Part shown: in pieces, positions 12,008 through 24,040 of the stretch
How the letters are laid out: each line of letters starts with the position of its first letter
Position numbering within the stretch: position 1 is the stretch's first letter
NCBI GenBank assembly: GCA_964016885.1
Contig: OZ024762.1
Coordinates: forward strand, 8,866,001 to 8,930,000
Origin: Eledone cirrhosa
Lineage: Eukaryota
DNA length: 64,000 nt
Direction of reading: 5' to 3'
Notes under the pieces: generated by a model
What the model saw: the letters and a program-made list of their open reading frames with translations, nothing else
Database searches by the model: none
What the model was told of the DNA's origin: nothing
Made by a program: the position numbers and the translations under genes

Positions 12008-12516
12008 TATATATATATATATATTATATATATACATATATATCATCATCATCATCATCATTTTATGTCCGCTTTTCACTGCTTGCATATATATATATAT
12101 ATATACTATATATAATATATATATATATATATACATACACACATATATAAACAGACATGCACATATATATAAACATACTTACACTCTCAAACGCAGACAC
12201 AAACACACATCTACACACTCTCTCTCATACACACACACACAGAGATACACATCAATGAAAGAGTGAGACAACCATCTCCACTTCCAAAGCTACTTCCTAC
12301 ATTTTCTGAGCAATTGAATATGAGTCACTCATTTGAGTAAAGGCTTACACTTGAGTGTAAATGCTGTTGTTAGTGTTGTCGTGGGTGATTCCTCGATGGT
12401 TTATCTGACTGTATGTTGTCTACATGCAGATGCAGAGAATAATTGTTTCTGCTTTGAGAGTTTCTACTTTTGGCACAAGGCCAGCGATTACCCCAGTGCA
12501 TCACCGGTACTTTATC

Positions 12517-12909
12517 ATCATCATCATCATCATCATTTTACGTCCGCTTTTTCCTTGCTAGCAAGGGTGGGACGGGAACTGATTCTGGCTTGATTTCTAC
12601 AGCTGGATGCCCTTCCTAACACCAACCTCATTTACAGTGTGGGCTGGGTACATTTTTTCCCGTGGGGCCTACATGTCCACTTTACAGTGAGTGCTGGGTG
12701 CTTTTTTTCCGCGGCACCTCCACGACCACTTTACAGTGGAACGATAGGGACCTCAGTCCCTATCATCTCATTTCTACAGCTGAGTAAACTGGAGCAATGT
12801 GAAATAAAGTATCTTGCTCAAGGAAACAACACATCACCTGGTCTGAGAATTGAACTCACAACCTTTTGATTGCAAGGCCAATGCTCTAACCACTAAGCCA
12901 TGTGCCTCC
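12517..12909 (-). mobile_element. Full-length SINE-C inserted into a SINE-N, 17-bp TSD
   Basis: atcaccggtactttatc at 12500-12516 and 12910-12926; host SINE-N ~12455-13043. Confidence 0.9.
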
Positions 12910-13079
12910 ATCACCGGTACTTTATCGATCCCGTAAGGGTGAAAGGCAAAGTTAACCTCGGCGGGATTTGAACTCAGATCACCGAGGACCATAACTGCAA
13001 AACATGGTGGCCTGACACTCTACCAATACTGCCAAACCACCGTGTGCAGAGAATAGTGTTATATGGAAGGGAAAGATGA

Positions 13080-13890
13080 GAAATCATGTGTGTGGATGAG
13101 ATATAGAGACTGGGGAGAAATGAAGAGAGCATGCTTCGGTGGATGTGTGATGTTATTAATGTGTATGAACACTGAAGTATGGATGAGCTGAAAGAGAAAC
13201 TGAGTCTTAAGAGGATTGTAGATGTAGAGTGTCAGAGAGGAGACTGCACTGGTATGGACATGTGATATGTATGGATGATGATTGTTGGGTGAAGAAGTAC
13301 CAAGAAATCTCAGCAGAATGGAACTACAGCAGATGAAGGCCAAATAAGACCTTGGCAGAGAGAAGACTGCTCTGGTATGGACATGTAATGTGTATGGATG
13401 ATGATTGTTGGGTGAAGAAGTGCCAAGAAATCTCAGCAGAATGGAACTACAGCAGATGAAGGCCAAATAAGACCTTGGCAGAGAGGAGACTGCACTGGTA
13501 TGGACATGTGATGTGTATGGATGATGATTGTTGAGTGAAGAAGTGCCAGGAAGGAAGCTACAGCAGAGAAAGGCCAAAGAAGATGTTGGCAGCGAGAAGA
13601 CTGCACTGGTATGGACATGTTATGTGTATGGATGATGATTGTTGAGTGAAGAAGTGCCAAGAAATCCCAGTGGGAAGGAACTACAGTAGATGGAGACCAA
13701 AGAAGACCTGGACAGAAGTGGTGAGAACTGATCTCAAATAGTGAAGACTCATAGTGAAGACTCGTCGCAGAGAAGATGGTGAAGGAACACGATGAATGGA
13801 GAGATGCTGTGCTGCAAAGGACCCATGCAACCCATGCAAGCGTGGAAAAGTAGACGTAAAAACAATGATGATGATGAGGATGATGATAAG
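13080..13890 (+). mobile_element. Decayed RTE-clade LINE 3' end with internal ~123-bp tandem amplification (4 copies)
   Basis: Remnants of RRLHWYGHV..CWVKKC..RPKK; units at 13241, 13364, 13487, 13598; ends aacccatgcaagcgtggaaaagtagacgtaaaa(ATG)n. Confidence 0.75.
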
Positions 13891-14041
13891 GTGTCTTACT
13901 TCCATATCAATGCCAAGAATTTGGCAATCTCGTTAAAATGTCTTTGAAAATTCTGATGTGTTCACCACCTGGGATGTTTGAAATTGTTTCTTTAAGATTC
14001 TTCCTTGTTGCTTGACTCTTATATACTACTGCATACCATTA

Positions 14042-14505
14042 CTGTGGTGGTGGTGGTGGTGGTGATGGTGATGATTGTTGGTGGTGGTGGTTGTGGTGTT
14101 ATTGGTTGTGGTGGTGGTGGTGGTGGTGACTGTGGGAGTGATGGTTCTGGTGGTGGTGGTGATGGTTGTGGTGGTGGTGTTGGTGGTAGTGATGGTAATG
14201 ATTGTTGGTGGGGTGGTGGTTGTGGTGTTGTTGTTGGTGATGGTTGTGGCGGCGGCGGTGGTGGTGGTGACTGTGGTAGTGATGGCTCTGGTGGTGGTGG
14301 TGGTGGCAGGGGTGATGGTTGTTGTTGGTGGTGGTGGCTGTGGTAGTGACGGTTGTGGTGATGTTGTTGGTGGTGGTTGTGGTGGTGATGGTGGCTGTGG
14401 TGTCAGTAGTGTTGTAGGTGATGGTGGCAATGGTGTTGGTCATGGTAGTGAAGCTGGTGTTGATGGAAGTGACGGCGGGTGTAATGATAATGGTGATGGT
14501 GGTAG
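14042..14505. repeat. (GGT/TGT)n degenerate trinucleotide tract
   Basis: Direct inspection. Confidence 0.9.
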
Positions 14506-14533
14506 AGATGGTAAAAGATGATGCCACATTTAC

Positions 14534-14600
14534 CACAAGATCTGTAAATCTCTGAGACATTTGAAGATCCATCAAGGTCAGACAACTCAGGCAGTTCAAG
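14534..14600 (-). CDS. Candidate internal exon (67 nt, phase 0->1): LELPELSDLDGSSNVSEIYRSC
   Basis: attaattttggtgcag|CTTGAA...TCTTGTG|gtaaat; phase-compatible with both neighbours. Confidence 0.6.
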
Positions 14601-14827
14601 CTGCACCAAAATTAATATGCAATTTAAAAGTATGTGTGGTCTAAAAAGCCAAATAAGGTCTCGTGCCTGGATTGACCATCATGTAGACTCAAGTTGTCAA
14701 GCTTTGTATAAGAAGACAACCAATAATATATATATATATATACCTACCCCCCCCCCACTCTCCTGAGCGTGAATTTTATAAACATTTATCGTACTGCCTC
14801 TCTGTTCTGTCCCTGTTCAATTTTTCA

Positions 14828-14882
<55 letters not shown>

Positions 14883-15153
14883 ATATTTCCCAGCATCGAG
14901 ACGCTTCCTAATTTTGACAACCAAAAATTTGAAAAAAAAAAATTGTTTCTACTTTTGGCACAAGGCCAGCAATTACCCAGTACATTACTGGTACTTTATT
15001 TTATCGACCCTTGTAAGGATGAAAGGCAAAGTTAACTTCGGCGGGATTTGAAAAAAAATAATAAACAACCTTCGGCCTCCAGGACGCTTGGTAGATTTTT
15101 TAGACTTATTTTAGTAAAAAAGTTGCGCCTTCAACGCCAGAAAATATGGTATA

Positions 15154-15209
<56 letters not shown>

Positions 15210-15470
15210 GAAGAGAATTTAGAATTGGATAAATCTTGCATGCCCTTGTTTGGACAAACCACACCCCCGAGGATACAACCAGTTAACCGCCGAACCCTTC
15301 GGCAACCAGTCTGGAACTGGCTGTTAAAACTCAGCCGTCGGGTCCTGCCGCTTTATAATATAACCATGCTCTACTTCCCCAAATATCGAGTACTCTGTTG
15401 AGTAACGGTCTAACCAGTTTCTAACTGAATCCATCCTGATATATACATATATATATATATGTATATATAT

Positions 15471-15685
15471 ATTGGTAAACGGAATAGAAAATGCTGACAA
15501 ATTGTTCACAGTTGAAAAATGGTTTAATTAGGAATAAAAGAGTATTAGTGATTGTATGGGTTAGTATTCAGTTGTGAACCACAACTGAATACTAACCCAT
15601 ACAATCACTAATACTCTTTTATTCCTAATTAAACCATTTTTCAGCTGTGAACAATTTGTCAGCATTTTCTATTCCGTTTACCAAT
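15471..15685. repeat. Near-perfect palindrome, 106-bp arms, 3-nt loop
   Basis: 15471-15576 is the reverse complement of 15580-15685 with one mismatch seen. Confidence 0.92.
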
Positions 15686-15723
15686 ATATAATAACTTGTG
15701 TGTTACACCTCTATTCTTTTAAC

Positions 15724-15809
<86 letters not shown>

Positions 15810-16062
15810 GTCTTATTTATGCTGTTTTTGTCTCCTGCAGGTCAAACTTTTTTTTATATGTCTCTATCTTGTTTTTGTGTCTTAACTGTGAGGGGTACAA
15901 GTCACCTACTTTAGGCTGTCGTGGCTTATTAGCTCTATACAGACATTAAAATTGATTAAATAAATAAATAGCCATTTTCTTTCATGAGAAATATAAATAT
16001 AACAGGTTTTTTTTTAATTTTGAATTTCAAAATTATTTGAAAATCATAGAATATTATTTTGT

Positions 16063-16248
16063 ATAATTTTATTGACCCCGTAAGGATGAAAGGCAAAGGT
16101 AACCTCGGCGGGATTTTGAACTTGCCATTCTGAGTTCAAAATCCCGCCGAGGTTAACTTTGCCTTTCATCCTTACGGGGTCAATAAAATAAAGTACCAGT
16201 AATGTACTGGGTAATTGCTGGCCTTGTGCCAATAGTAGAAACAATTAT
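16063..16248. mobile_element. Inverted pair of partial SINE-N copies
   Basis: Minus fragment ~16063-16122, plus fragment ~16129-16248. Confidence 0.75.
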
Positions 16249-16340
16249 TATTTTGTATAAAGAAATATGGTAAGGAGAGAGTTAAACAGCTTTGGTTGTC
16301 TACTGCATTGCCTGGATCGAGGTGCTAGAGTACAGGCATT

Positions 16341-16404
16341 CTCATTGGCTGATATCTTGGTTCAAACTCAGCTACTAAACTAGAAGCTCACTTCTGATTG
16401 GCTG
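16341..16404. promoter_or_regulatory. Two NF-Y CCAAT boxes 53 bp apart
   Basis: Minus strand CAGCCAATGAG and CAGCCAATCAG. Confidence 0.35.
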
Positions 16405-16485
16405 AAAGCAGTTTCAGTTTCCTTGTTCATCATTTTACGCGGCGGCGCGTGCACACACACATACGTACACGTACACATACACACG

Positions 16486-16522
<37 letters not shown>

Positions 16523-16733
16523 ATACTCATAGAGTTCTTCTCTAAAATAAGCTGATGGCTCAGTGCCAGACCAACACCAACACCAACAACAACATCAACA
16601 CCATCACAACCACCAACATCACCGCCACCATCCAATTATTCAGATTCTCTTCACTCTTGGGCCTCAGCCAACTTTGCAGTGGTTGCATAGCAGAGGTGGC
16701 GGTGGTGGTAGTCTTGGTAACATTACCACCACC

Positions 16734-16786
<53 letters not shown>

Positions 16787-16909
16787 CACTACTACTATTA
16801 CTAATAATAATAATACTAACAACAAGAGGATTTGGCTACAGTAACCAGTTGCTTTAGTTACTGTTTCATAATTATAAATCTATCTATTTACCTATCTCCC
16901 TGTCTAATC

Positions 16910-16942
<33 letters not shown>

Positions 16943-16947
16943 AATCA

Positions 16948-17038
<91 letters not shown>

Positions 17039-17213
17039 TTGCAAGCAGGGTAAAGCAGACGTAAAGTGATGATCATGATGATGATGATGATATATATATC
17101 TTTCTTTTGCACACACACACATGTTGCCTCAATGATATTTATTCACTGTAAAACTTTCAGCCTCTGAAGAACTCTGTATAAGGTTATAAAACAACCTTGA
17201 GTGGATTACTTAC

Positions 17214-17263
17214 CAAAGTCTTTACCATTGTTAAGTTCTTCACAACACACTCACCTCTAGCAG
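17214..17263 (-). CDS. Candidate internal exon (50 nt, phase 1->0): xARGECVVKNLTMVKTL
   Basis: atatgttag|CTGCTAGAGG...ACTTTG|gtaagt; phase 0 joins 14600. Confidence 0.5.
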
Positions 17264-17319
17264 CTAACATATATGTATATATACATACACACACAATGAT
17301 ATATATATATATATATATA

Positions 17320-17825
17320 TATCATCATCATCATCATCATCATCGTTTAACGTCCATGTTCCACGCTTGCATGGGTTTGGACGGGGGTTTTCCCACTTGA
17401 GGCAAGAGTGGTTGTCTTGCTCGCATAGGACTGTCTGGCGGGTTTTCTACAGCTGGATGCCCTTCCTAACACCAACCACATTTACAGTGTGGGGCTGGGA
17501 GGTTTTTACCGTGTTGCCTACACGGCCAAGCAATGGGTTTTTATATATATATATAAGCAATGAGTTATTTAATTTTGTTGATTATTCAACAAATTTAGTT
17601 TATAACAGATTAGAAGCACTTAACAGTGGTAACACAGTAAAAAGCTCCCAGTCCACAGTGAATGTGGTTGGTGTTAGGAAGGGCATCCAACCATAGAAAA
17701 CCTGCAAGATAGTCCTATACGAGCGAGACGCAGTCACCCAACCAATCTTGCCTCATGTGGAACAATTCCCGTCTAACCCATGCTAGCATGGAAGATAGAC
17801 TTTAAACGATGATGATGATGATGAT
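17320..17825. mobile_element. Two RTE-LINE 3'UTR fragments in opposite orientation (~17320-17525 minus; ~17628-17825 plus)
   Basis: ggatgcccttcctaacaccaacc motif and (ATG)n tails. Confidence 0.75.
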
Positions 17826-17925
17826 GATATATATATATGTAAAAGGTAAACAGAAATAACAACACAATCGGTACAGTATATGGAAAGAATATATTAGGTT
17901 AACGCTTGATTTAGCAGGGAGAGGG

Positions 17926-17961
17926 TCTTAACGTTTCGGACGCTAGTCCTTCATCAGAAGA
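17926..17961 (-). ncRNA. Minimal hammerhead ribozyme with loop-less ACGT stem III; decayed relatives at ~4455-4490 and ~5261-5290
   Basis: tctt-CTGATGA-A-GGAC tagc GTCC-GAAAC-GTT-aaga; host repeat 17838-18060 matches 5170-5365. Confidence 0.7.
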
Positions 17962-18155
17962 AAGAATGAGAAATAAGAAAAATTGAGGGGACGGGCGGGG
18001 TTTAATTGGAAAAAATGTCTTTAGATAAAAATAACAGGTCCATTCATGTTGACATCTCTTTGTGTGTGTGTGTGTGTGTGTGTAAATGTATATAAAATCT
18101 TGGTTACATTTGTTCTTAGAAAACATAGGAATCCCAAATGCAGAGAATAACTAAC

Positions 18156-18180
18156 CGCAGTCATTTGATATAAATAATAG
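18156..18180 (-). CDS. Possible 25-nt exon (phase 0->1): LLFISNDC
   Basis: cattttctaag|CTATTA...GACTGCG|gttagt; bridges phases of 30238 and 17263 exons, but AAG acceptor is weak. Confidence 0.3.
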
Positions 18181-18442
18181 CTTAGAAAATGTGTATGTGT
18201 TTGTGTGTGCATGTATGCATTTACCTATGTATGCTTATGTGTGCATAAGTGTATGTTTGTATGTGCATGCGTGTGTCTGACTATGTATGTATATATCTAT
18301 GTGTACAGTACATAATTGTATGTGAGAGAGGGTCACAGTATATGTATACACATATATATATATATATATATATATTCATAATATATGAATAAACGATTTA
18401 TGCAACATTAGCATCTTTATGTTATTATTATACTAAATATAA

Positions 18443-18632
18443 GGGCGGTGGATTGGCAGTATCGGTAGAGGGTCAGACGCCCTGATTTCAGCATAGTTAC
18501 GTCCCTTTACGATCTGAGTTCAAATCCCGCCGAGGTTGACTTTGCCTTTCATTCTTACGGGGTCGATAAAATAAAGTACCAGTAATGCACTGGGTAATTG
18601 CTGGCCTTGTGCCTAACGTAGAAACAGTTATT
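18443..18632 (+). mobile_element. Full-length SINE-N
   Basis: ggcggtggattggcagtatcggtagag...gtagaaacagttattatt. Confidence 0.85.
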
Positions 18633-18717
18633 ATTATACTAAATCTCCATCGTAACTACAAACTACGAGTGTAGAGAGCTTACTCCTGTTTTTACCAAAA
18701 CAATATCTTCGGAATAT

Positions 18718-19208
18718 ATAGGCGCATGGCTTAGTGGTTAGAGCATTGGGCTTGCAATCGAAAGGTTGTGAGTTCATTTCTCGGACCGGTTGATGTGTTG
18801 TTTCCTTGAGCAAGACACTTTATTTCACATTGCTCCAGTTTACTCAGCTGTAGAAATGAGATGATAGGGACTGAGGTCCCTATCATTCCACTGTAAAGTG
18901 GTCGTGGAGGTGCCACGGCAAAAAAGCACCCAGCCCACACTGTAAAGTGGACGTCTAGGTCCCACAGGAAAAAATGCACCCAGCCCACACTGTAAAGTGG
19001 ACATGTAGGCCCCACGGGAAAAAATGTACCCAGCACTCACTGTAAATGAGGTTGGTGTTAGGAAGGGCATCCAGCTGTAGAAATCAAGCCAGAATCAGTT
19101 TCCGTGTGAGCAAGACAAGGTCAGCCTACCGGACACTGCCCACAACGGGGAAACCCCCGTCTAACCCATGCTAGCGTGGAAGAACGGACGTAAAACGATG
19201 ATGATGAT
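18718..19208 (+). mobile_element. SINE-C with longer LINE-like tail (extra ~48-bp units)
   Basis: tRNA head + CORE + tail ending ctaacccatgctagcgtggaagaacggacgtaaaac(ATG)n, identical to LINE end at 42680-42720. Confidence 0.85.
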
Positions 19209-19244
19209 TATATATATATATATAAATGTGTTTGCATATGTGTT

Positions 19245-19287
<43 letters not shown>

Positions 19288-19295
19288 GTTTATAT

Positions 19296-19395
19296 AGTGT
19301 GTCCCAAAAAATGTATACACACATTGATTACCTGTACAGGCAATATTTATTAGAATGCACAGCCTTTGTGTATACATTTTTTGGGGGACACCCTG
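19296..19395. mobile_element. Tc1/mariner-like MITE
   Basis: TIR agtgtgtcccaaaaaatgtatacaca / tgtgtatacattttttgggggacaccctg; TA flanks. Confidence 0.65.
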
Positions 19396-19577
19396 TATAT
19401 ATATATAATATAAATGTATGTATACATGTATGTATATGTGCTGTATATCATTTATACACAAACGTGCAGGGCATTTATTTATTTACGAAACAGTAAGCTT
19501 TGTTATAGTTCTTAACATTGCAACATGATGCAGACTAAACGAACAACTGCACATATAATGCATGGACTAGATTGCAC

Positions 19578-20335
19578 ACAACCTCCACCACCTCCTCCAC
19601 CAACACTAACATCTCCATCACCACCACCACCTCCACCACCACTTGCATCACCACCACCACCTCCACCAACACTAACATCTCCACCACCACCACCACTTGC
19701 ATCACCACCACCACCTCCACCAACACTAACATCTCCACCATCACCACCACCACCACCACTAACATCTCCACCATCACCACCACCACCACTAACATCTCCA
19801 CCATCACCACCACCAACATCACCACCACAAACAACAATAATATACCTCCACCACCCTCTCCAATATACCACTACCAACATCACCTCCACCAACAACAACA
19901 ACAACATACCACCACCTCCACCAACAACAACAACATACCACCACCTCCACCACCTCCACCAACAACAACAACATACCACCACCTCCACCAACAACAACAA
20001 CATACCACCACCTCCACCAACAACAACAACATACCACCACCTCCACCAACAACAACAACATACCACCACCTCCACCAACAACAACAACATACCACCACCT
20101 CCACCAACAACAACAACATACCACCACCTCCACCAACAACAACAACATACCACCACCTCCACCAACAACAACAACATACCACCACCTCCACCAACAACAA
20201 CAACATACCGCCACCACCACCAACAACAACAACATACCACCACCTCCACCAACAACAGCATCACCACCACCGCTACCACCAACAATATACCACCGCCACC
20301 ACCCTCTCCAACATACCACTACCAACATCACCTCC

Positions 20336-20367
<32 letters not shown>

Positions 20368-20625
20368 CATACCACCGCCGACAACAATATCCCACCACCA
20401 ACAACAGCACCACCACCACCAACAATATACCACCGCCACCACCCTCTCCAACATACCACTACCACCACCACCAACAACAACAACAACAACAACATACCAC
20501 CGCCGACAACAATATCCCACCACCAACAACAGCATCACCATCACCACCACCACCAACAATATACCACCACCACCACCCTCTCCAACATACCACCACTACC
20601 ACCACCATCTCCACCACCACAACCA
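19578..20625. repeat. (CCA/CAA)-based minisatellite (unit ~ccaccacctccaccaacaacaacaacata)
   Basis: Direct inspection. Confidence 0.9.
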
Positions 20626-20699
20626 AAGTACATCAGTGACATCTAGTGAGCTAAGTTTGTAGAGATGATATGAGTAGTTGCTTACACTGTCTCTCTCTC

Positions 20700-20730
<31 letters not shown>

Positions 20731-21020
20731 GTCTCTTTCTCTCTCTCTGTCTCTCTCTCTCTCTCTTTTGATGCACCCTGTCTATACCTCACTCTCTCTC
20801 TCTCACTCTCTCTTTTGATGCACCCTGTCTGTACCTCTCTCCCAATCTCACTCTCACTCTCTCTCTCACTCTCTCTCTCTCTCTTTTGATGCACCCTGTC
20901 TGTACCACTCTCCCAATCTCTCTCTCTCACTCTCACTCTCACTCTCTCTATCTCTCTCTCTCTCTCTCTCTTTTGATGCACCCTGTCTCTACCACTCTCT
21001 CTCTCTCTCTCACTCTCTCA

Positions 21021-21053
<33 letters not shown>

Positions 21054-21207
21054 ATAATATGTGAGTCCCAGGTTCAATCAGGAGGTAACCACAGTAATTG
21101 AGGTACTCAATACATTAGTAGAGTGTAAACATCATGTTTAATATAGAAATGGCTTCTACAGGACTAGAACTGTTTCATTCAAAAGAAATCATCAACTGAT
21201 ATATATA

Positions 21208-21555
21208 TATAATAAAGATGAAATAAAAGATGGTTATAAGAGTTCCATATATTTTATTATACATATTTCGAATATAAAATCATCCTGGGACAGATGTGTT
21301 CTTTTCAGATAAAATAAGGTACAATGATATGAGGCATAATAGCACATATCATTGTACCTTATTTTTTATCTGAAGAGAACACAACATCTGTCCCAGGATG
21401 ATTTTGTATTCGAAATATGTATAATAAAATATATGGAACTCTTATAACCATCTTTTATTTCATCTTTATTATATATAATCCAGTTCTACCAACTGTTGAG
21501 TGCTACTTATCTGATATATGCATAGTTTTATTGTCCTACAATATTACTCACCTTC

Positions 21556-21557
<2 letters not shown>
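21208..21557 (+). mobile_element. Fold-back Penelope-like terminus (arms ~21208-21332 / ~21345-21475, unique tail to 21557)
   Basis: Inverted repeat between (TA)n; related to 1905-2275. Confidence 0.7.
21364..21429 (+). ncRNA. Type I hammerhead ribozyme
   Basis: ttttat-CTGAAGA(21370-21376)-GAACACAACATC..GATGATTTTGTATTC-GAAA-TATGTA-TA-ataaaa. Confidence 0.7.
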
Positions 21558-21590
<33 letters not shown>

Positions 21591-21596
21591 ACACAG

Positions 21597-21647
21597 GCTT
21601 TCCTGATGATTTCTTTTGAATGAAACAGTTCTAGTCCTGTAGAAGTT
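21597..21647 (+). ncRNA. Family B hammerhead ribozyme
   Basis: ttc-CTGATGA(21603-21609)-tttc tttt gaat-GAAA-CAG ttctagtc CTG-TA-gaag. Confidence 0.7.
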
Positions 21648-21679
21648 ATTTCTATTAAACATCATATACATACATATAC

Positions 21680-21748
<69 letters not shown>

Positions 21749-21785
21749 CATATATATATACATATATACATATATATACATATAC

Positions 21786-21848
<63 letters not shown>

Positions 21849-21995
21849 CACATATATATACACATATATATATACATATATATATACATATATATATACA
21901 TCTATATATATACACATATATATATATATATAAACATATATATATATATATAAACATATATATATATATATAAACATATATATATATGTATATAC

Positions 21996-22045
<50 letters not shown>

Positions 22046-22305
22046 CTATCACTTACTCTTACTCTTCCTTTCTCTCTGCTTCTGTGCATCCTGTCTCTCC
22101 CCCACCCTCTCACACTCTCCCCCCACCCTCATGACTGTCTCTCCCTGCCTGCTTGTGCAGTGACTGTTTGCTGCAGTCTAGTTACAGTTTGTGGCATGAT
22201 GTGTGCACCATTTAAAAACAACAGCAACAAAAAAGGAAAGAGGAGAAATCTTTTCTATATAGAACTCTGTGGTGTTTAAAGGACTTATGTACTTCAGATG
22301 TGACC

Positions 22306-22307
22306 TG

Positions 22308-22339
<32 letters not shown>

Positions 22340-22900
22340 GTCTCTCTTTGCCTGACTCTCTCTCTCTCTCTTTGCCTGTCTCTCTCTCTCTCTCTTTGCC
22401 TGTCTCTCTCTCTATTTGCCTCTCTCTCTCTTTGCCTGACTCTCTCTCCCACTCCCTCTCTCACTCCCTGTCTCTCTCTCTCTCTCTCTCTTTGCTTGAC
22501 TCCCTCTCTCACTCCCTGTCTCTCTTTGCCTGACTCTCACTCTCTCTCTTTGCCTGTCTCTCTCTCTCTCTGCCTGACTCTCTCTCTCTTTGCCTGACTC
22601 TCTCTCCCACTCCCTCTCTCACTCCCTGTCTCTCTCTCTCTCTCTCTTTGCTTGACTCCCTCTCTCACTCCCTGTCTCTCTTTGCCTGACTCTCACTCTC
22701 TCTCTTTGCCTGACTCTCTCTCTCTCTTTGCCTGTCTCTCTCTCTCTTTGCCTGACTCTCTCTCTCTTTGCCTGACTCTCTCTCTCTTTGCCTCTCTCTC
22801 TCTTTGCCTGACTCTCTCTCCCACTCCCTCTCTCACTCCCTGTCTCTCTCTCTCTCTCTTTGCTTGACTCCCTCTCTCACTCCCTGTCTCTCTCTCTCAG
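22306..22900. repeat. CT-rich compound repeat (ctctctttgcctga units); similar tract at 20688-21033
   Basis: Direct inspection. Confidence 0.9.
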
Positions 22901-23157
22901 CTACAATCCTGCCCCCCCCCCCCCAACTTTATCTCTGCTGTATTGGGGGTATTTTTTCTGCTTAACTTCTGCACATTTCTGCTATTGTGGTGTCTTATCT
23001 TACATTCTGTATTTCTTCTTCTGGTGCTAGTACAATATCTTTACAGAAATTCTGCACCCCCCACCAGGTCTGATTCCCGCGTGTTTCAACTTACAGCAAA
23101 CATTTCCTCTGTTGATCAGGTTCCTTCTCTCATACCCACCTATTTCAATTTATGCCA

Positions 23158-24040
23158 AAAATTTTCTGTGCTTTTAGGCTTCCATAGCTTAAATTATAAC
23201 CCTTTCTCTGATGTTTGAGTATTTCGACTTGTACCCCAAATTTTCTGTGCTTTTAGGCTTCCATAGCTTAAATTATAACCCTTTCTCTGATGTTTGAGTA
23301 TTTCAACTTGTACCCCAAATTTTCTGTGCTTTTAGGCTTCCATAGCTTAAATTATAACCCTTTCTCTGATGTTTGAGCATTTCAACTTGTACCCCAAATT
23401 TTCTGTGCTTTTAGGCTTCCATAGCTTAAATTATAACCCTTTCTCTGATGTTTGAGTATTTCAACTTGTACCCCAAATTTTCTGTGCTTTTAGGCTTCCA
23501 TAGCTTAAATTATAACCCTTTCTCTGAGTTTGAGTATTTCAACTTGTACCCCAAATTTTCTGTGCTTTTAGGCTTCCATAGCTTAAATTATAACCCTTTC
23601 TCTGATGTTTGAGTATTTCAACTTGTACCCCAAATTTTCTGTGCTTTTAGGCTTCCATAGCTTAAATTATAACCCTTTCTCTGATGTTTGAGTATTTCAA
23701 CTTGTACCCCAAATTTTCTGTGCTTTTAGGCTTCCATAGCTTAAATTATAACCCTTTCTCTGATGTTTGAGTATTTCGACTTGTACCCCAAACTTGTGTG
23801 TGCTTTTATGGTCCTGCAGCTTAAATTATAATCCCTTCTCTGATACATGAGTATTTAAACTTGTGCCCTAAATTTTATCTGGGTTTAGAGTACCTTTTCT
23901 AGTGTTTGAATATTTCAACTTGTACCCCAAATTTTCTGTGCTTTTAGGGTTGCATAACTTAAATTATAACCCTTTCTCTGATGTTTGAGTATTTCAACTT
24001 GTACCCCCAATTTTCTGTGCTTTTAGGGTTGCATAACCCT
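23158..24040. repeat. 79-bp tandem repeat, ~8 near-identical plus ~3 degenerate copies
   Basis: Unit starts at 23161, 23240, 23319, 23398... Confidence 0.95.

Noticed and set aside
19525-20646. 373-aa Pro/Thr/His/Gln ORF resembling extensin or mucin (also 14005-14521 and 29542-30165)
   Set aside because: Trinucleotide-derived repeats open in nearly all frames; no splice or signal support.
23095-23139. Alternative minus-strand exon candidates (here GYERRNLINRGNVC; also ~19487-19534, ~34133-34167, ~53311-53357, ~60916-60957)
   Set aside because: Weak acceptors or donors, or phase conflicts; cannot be distinguished from chance without RNA data.
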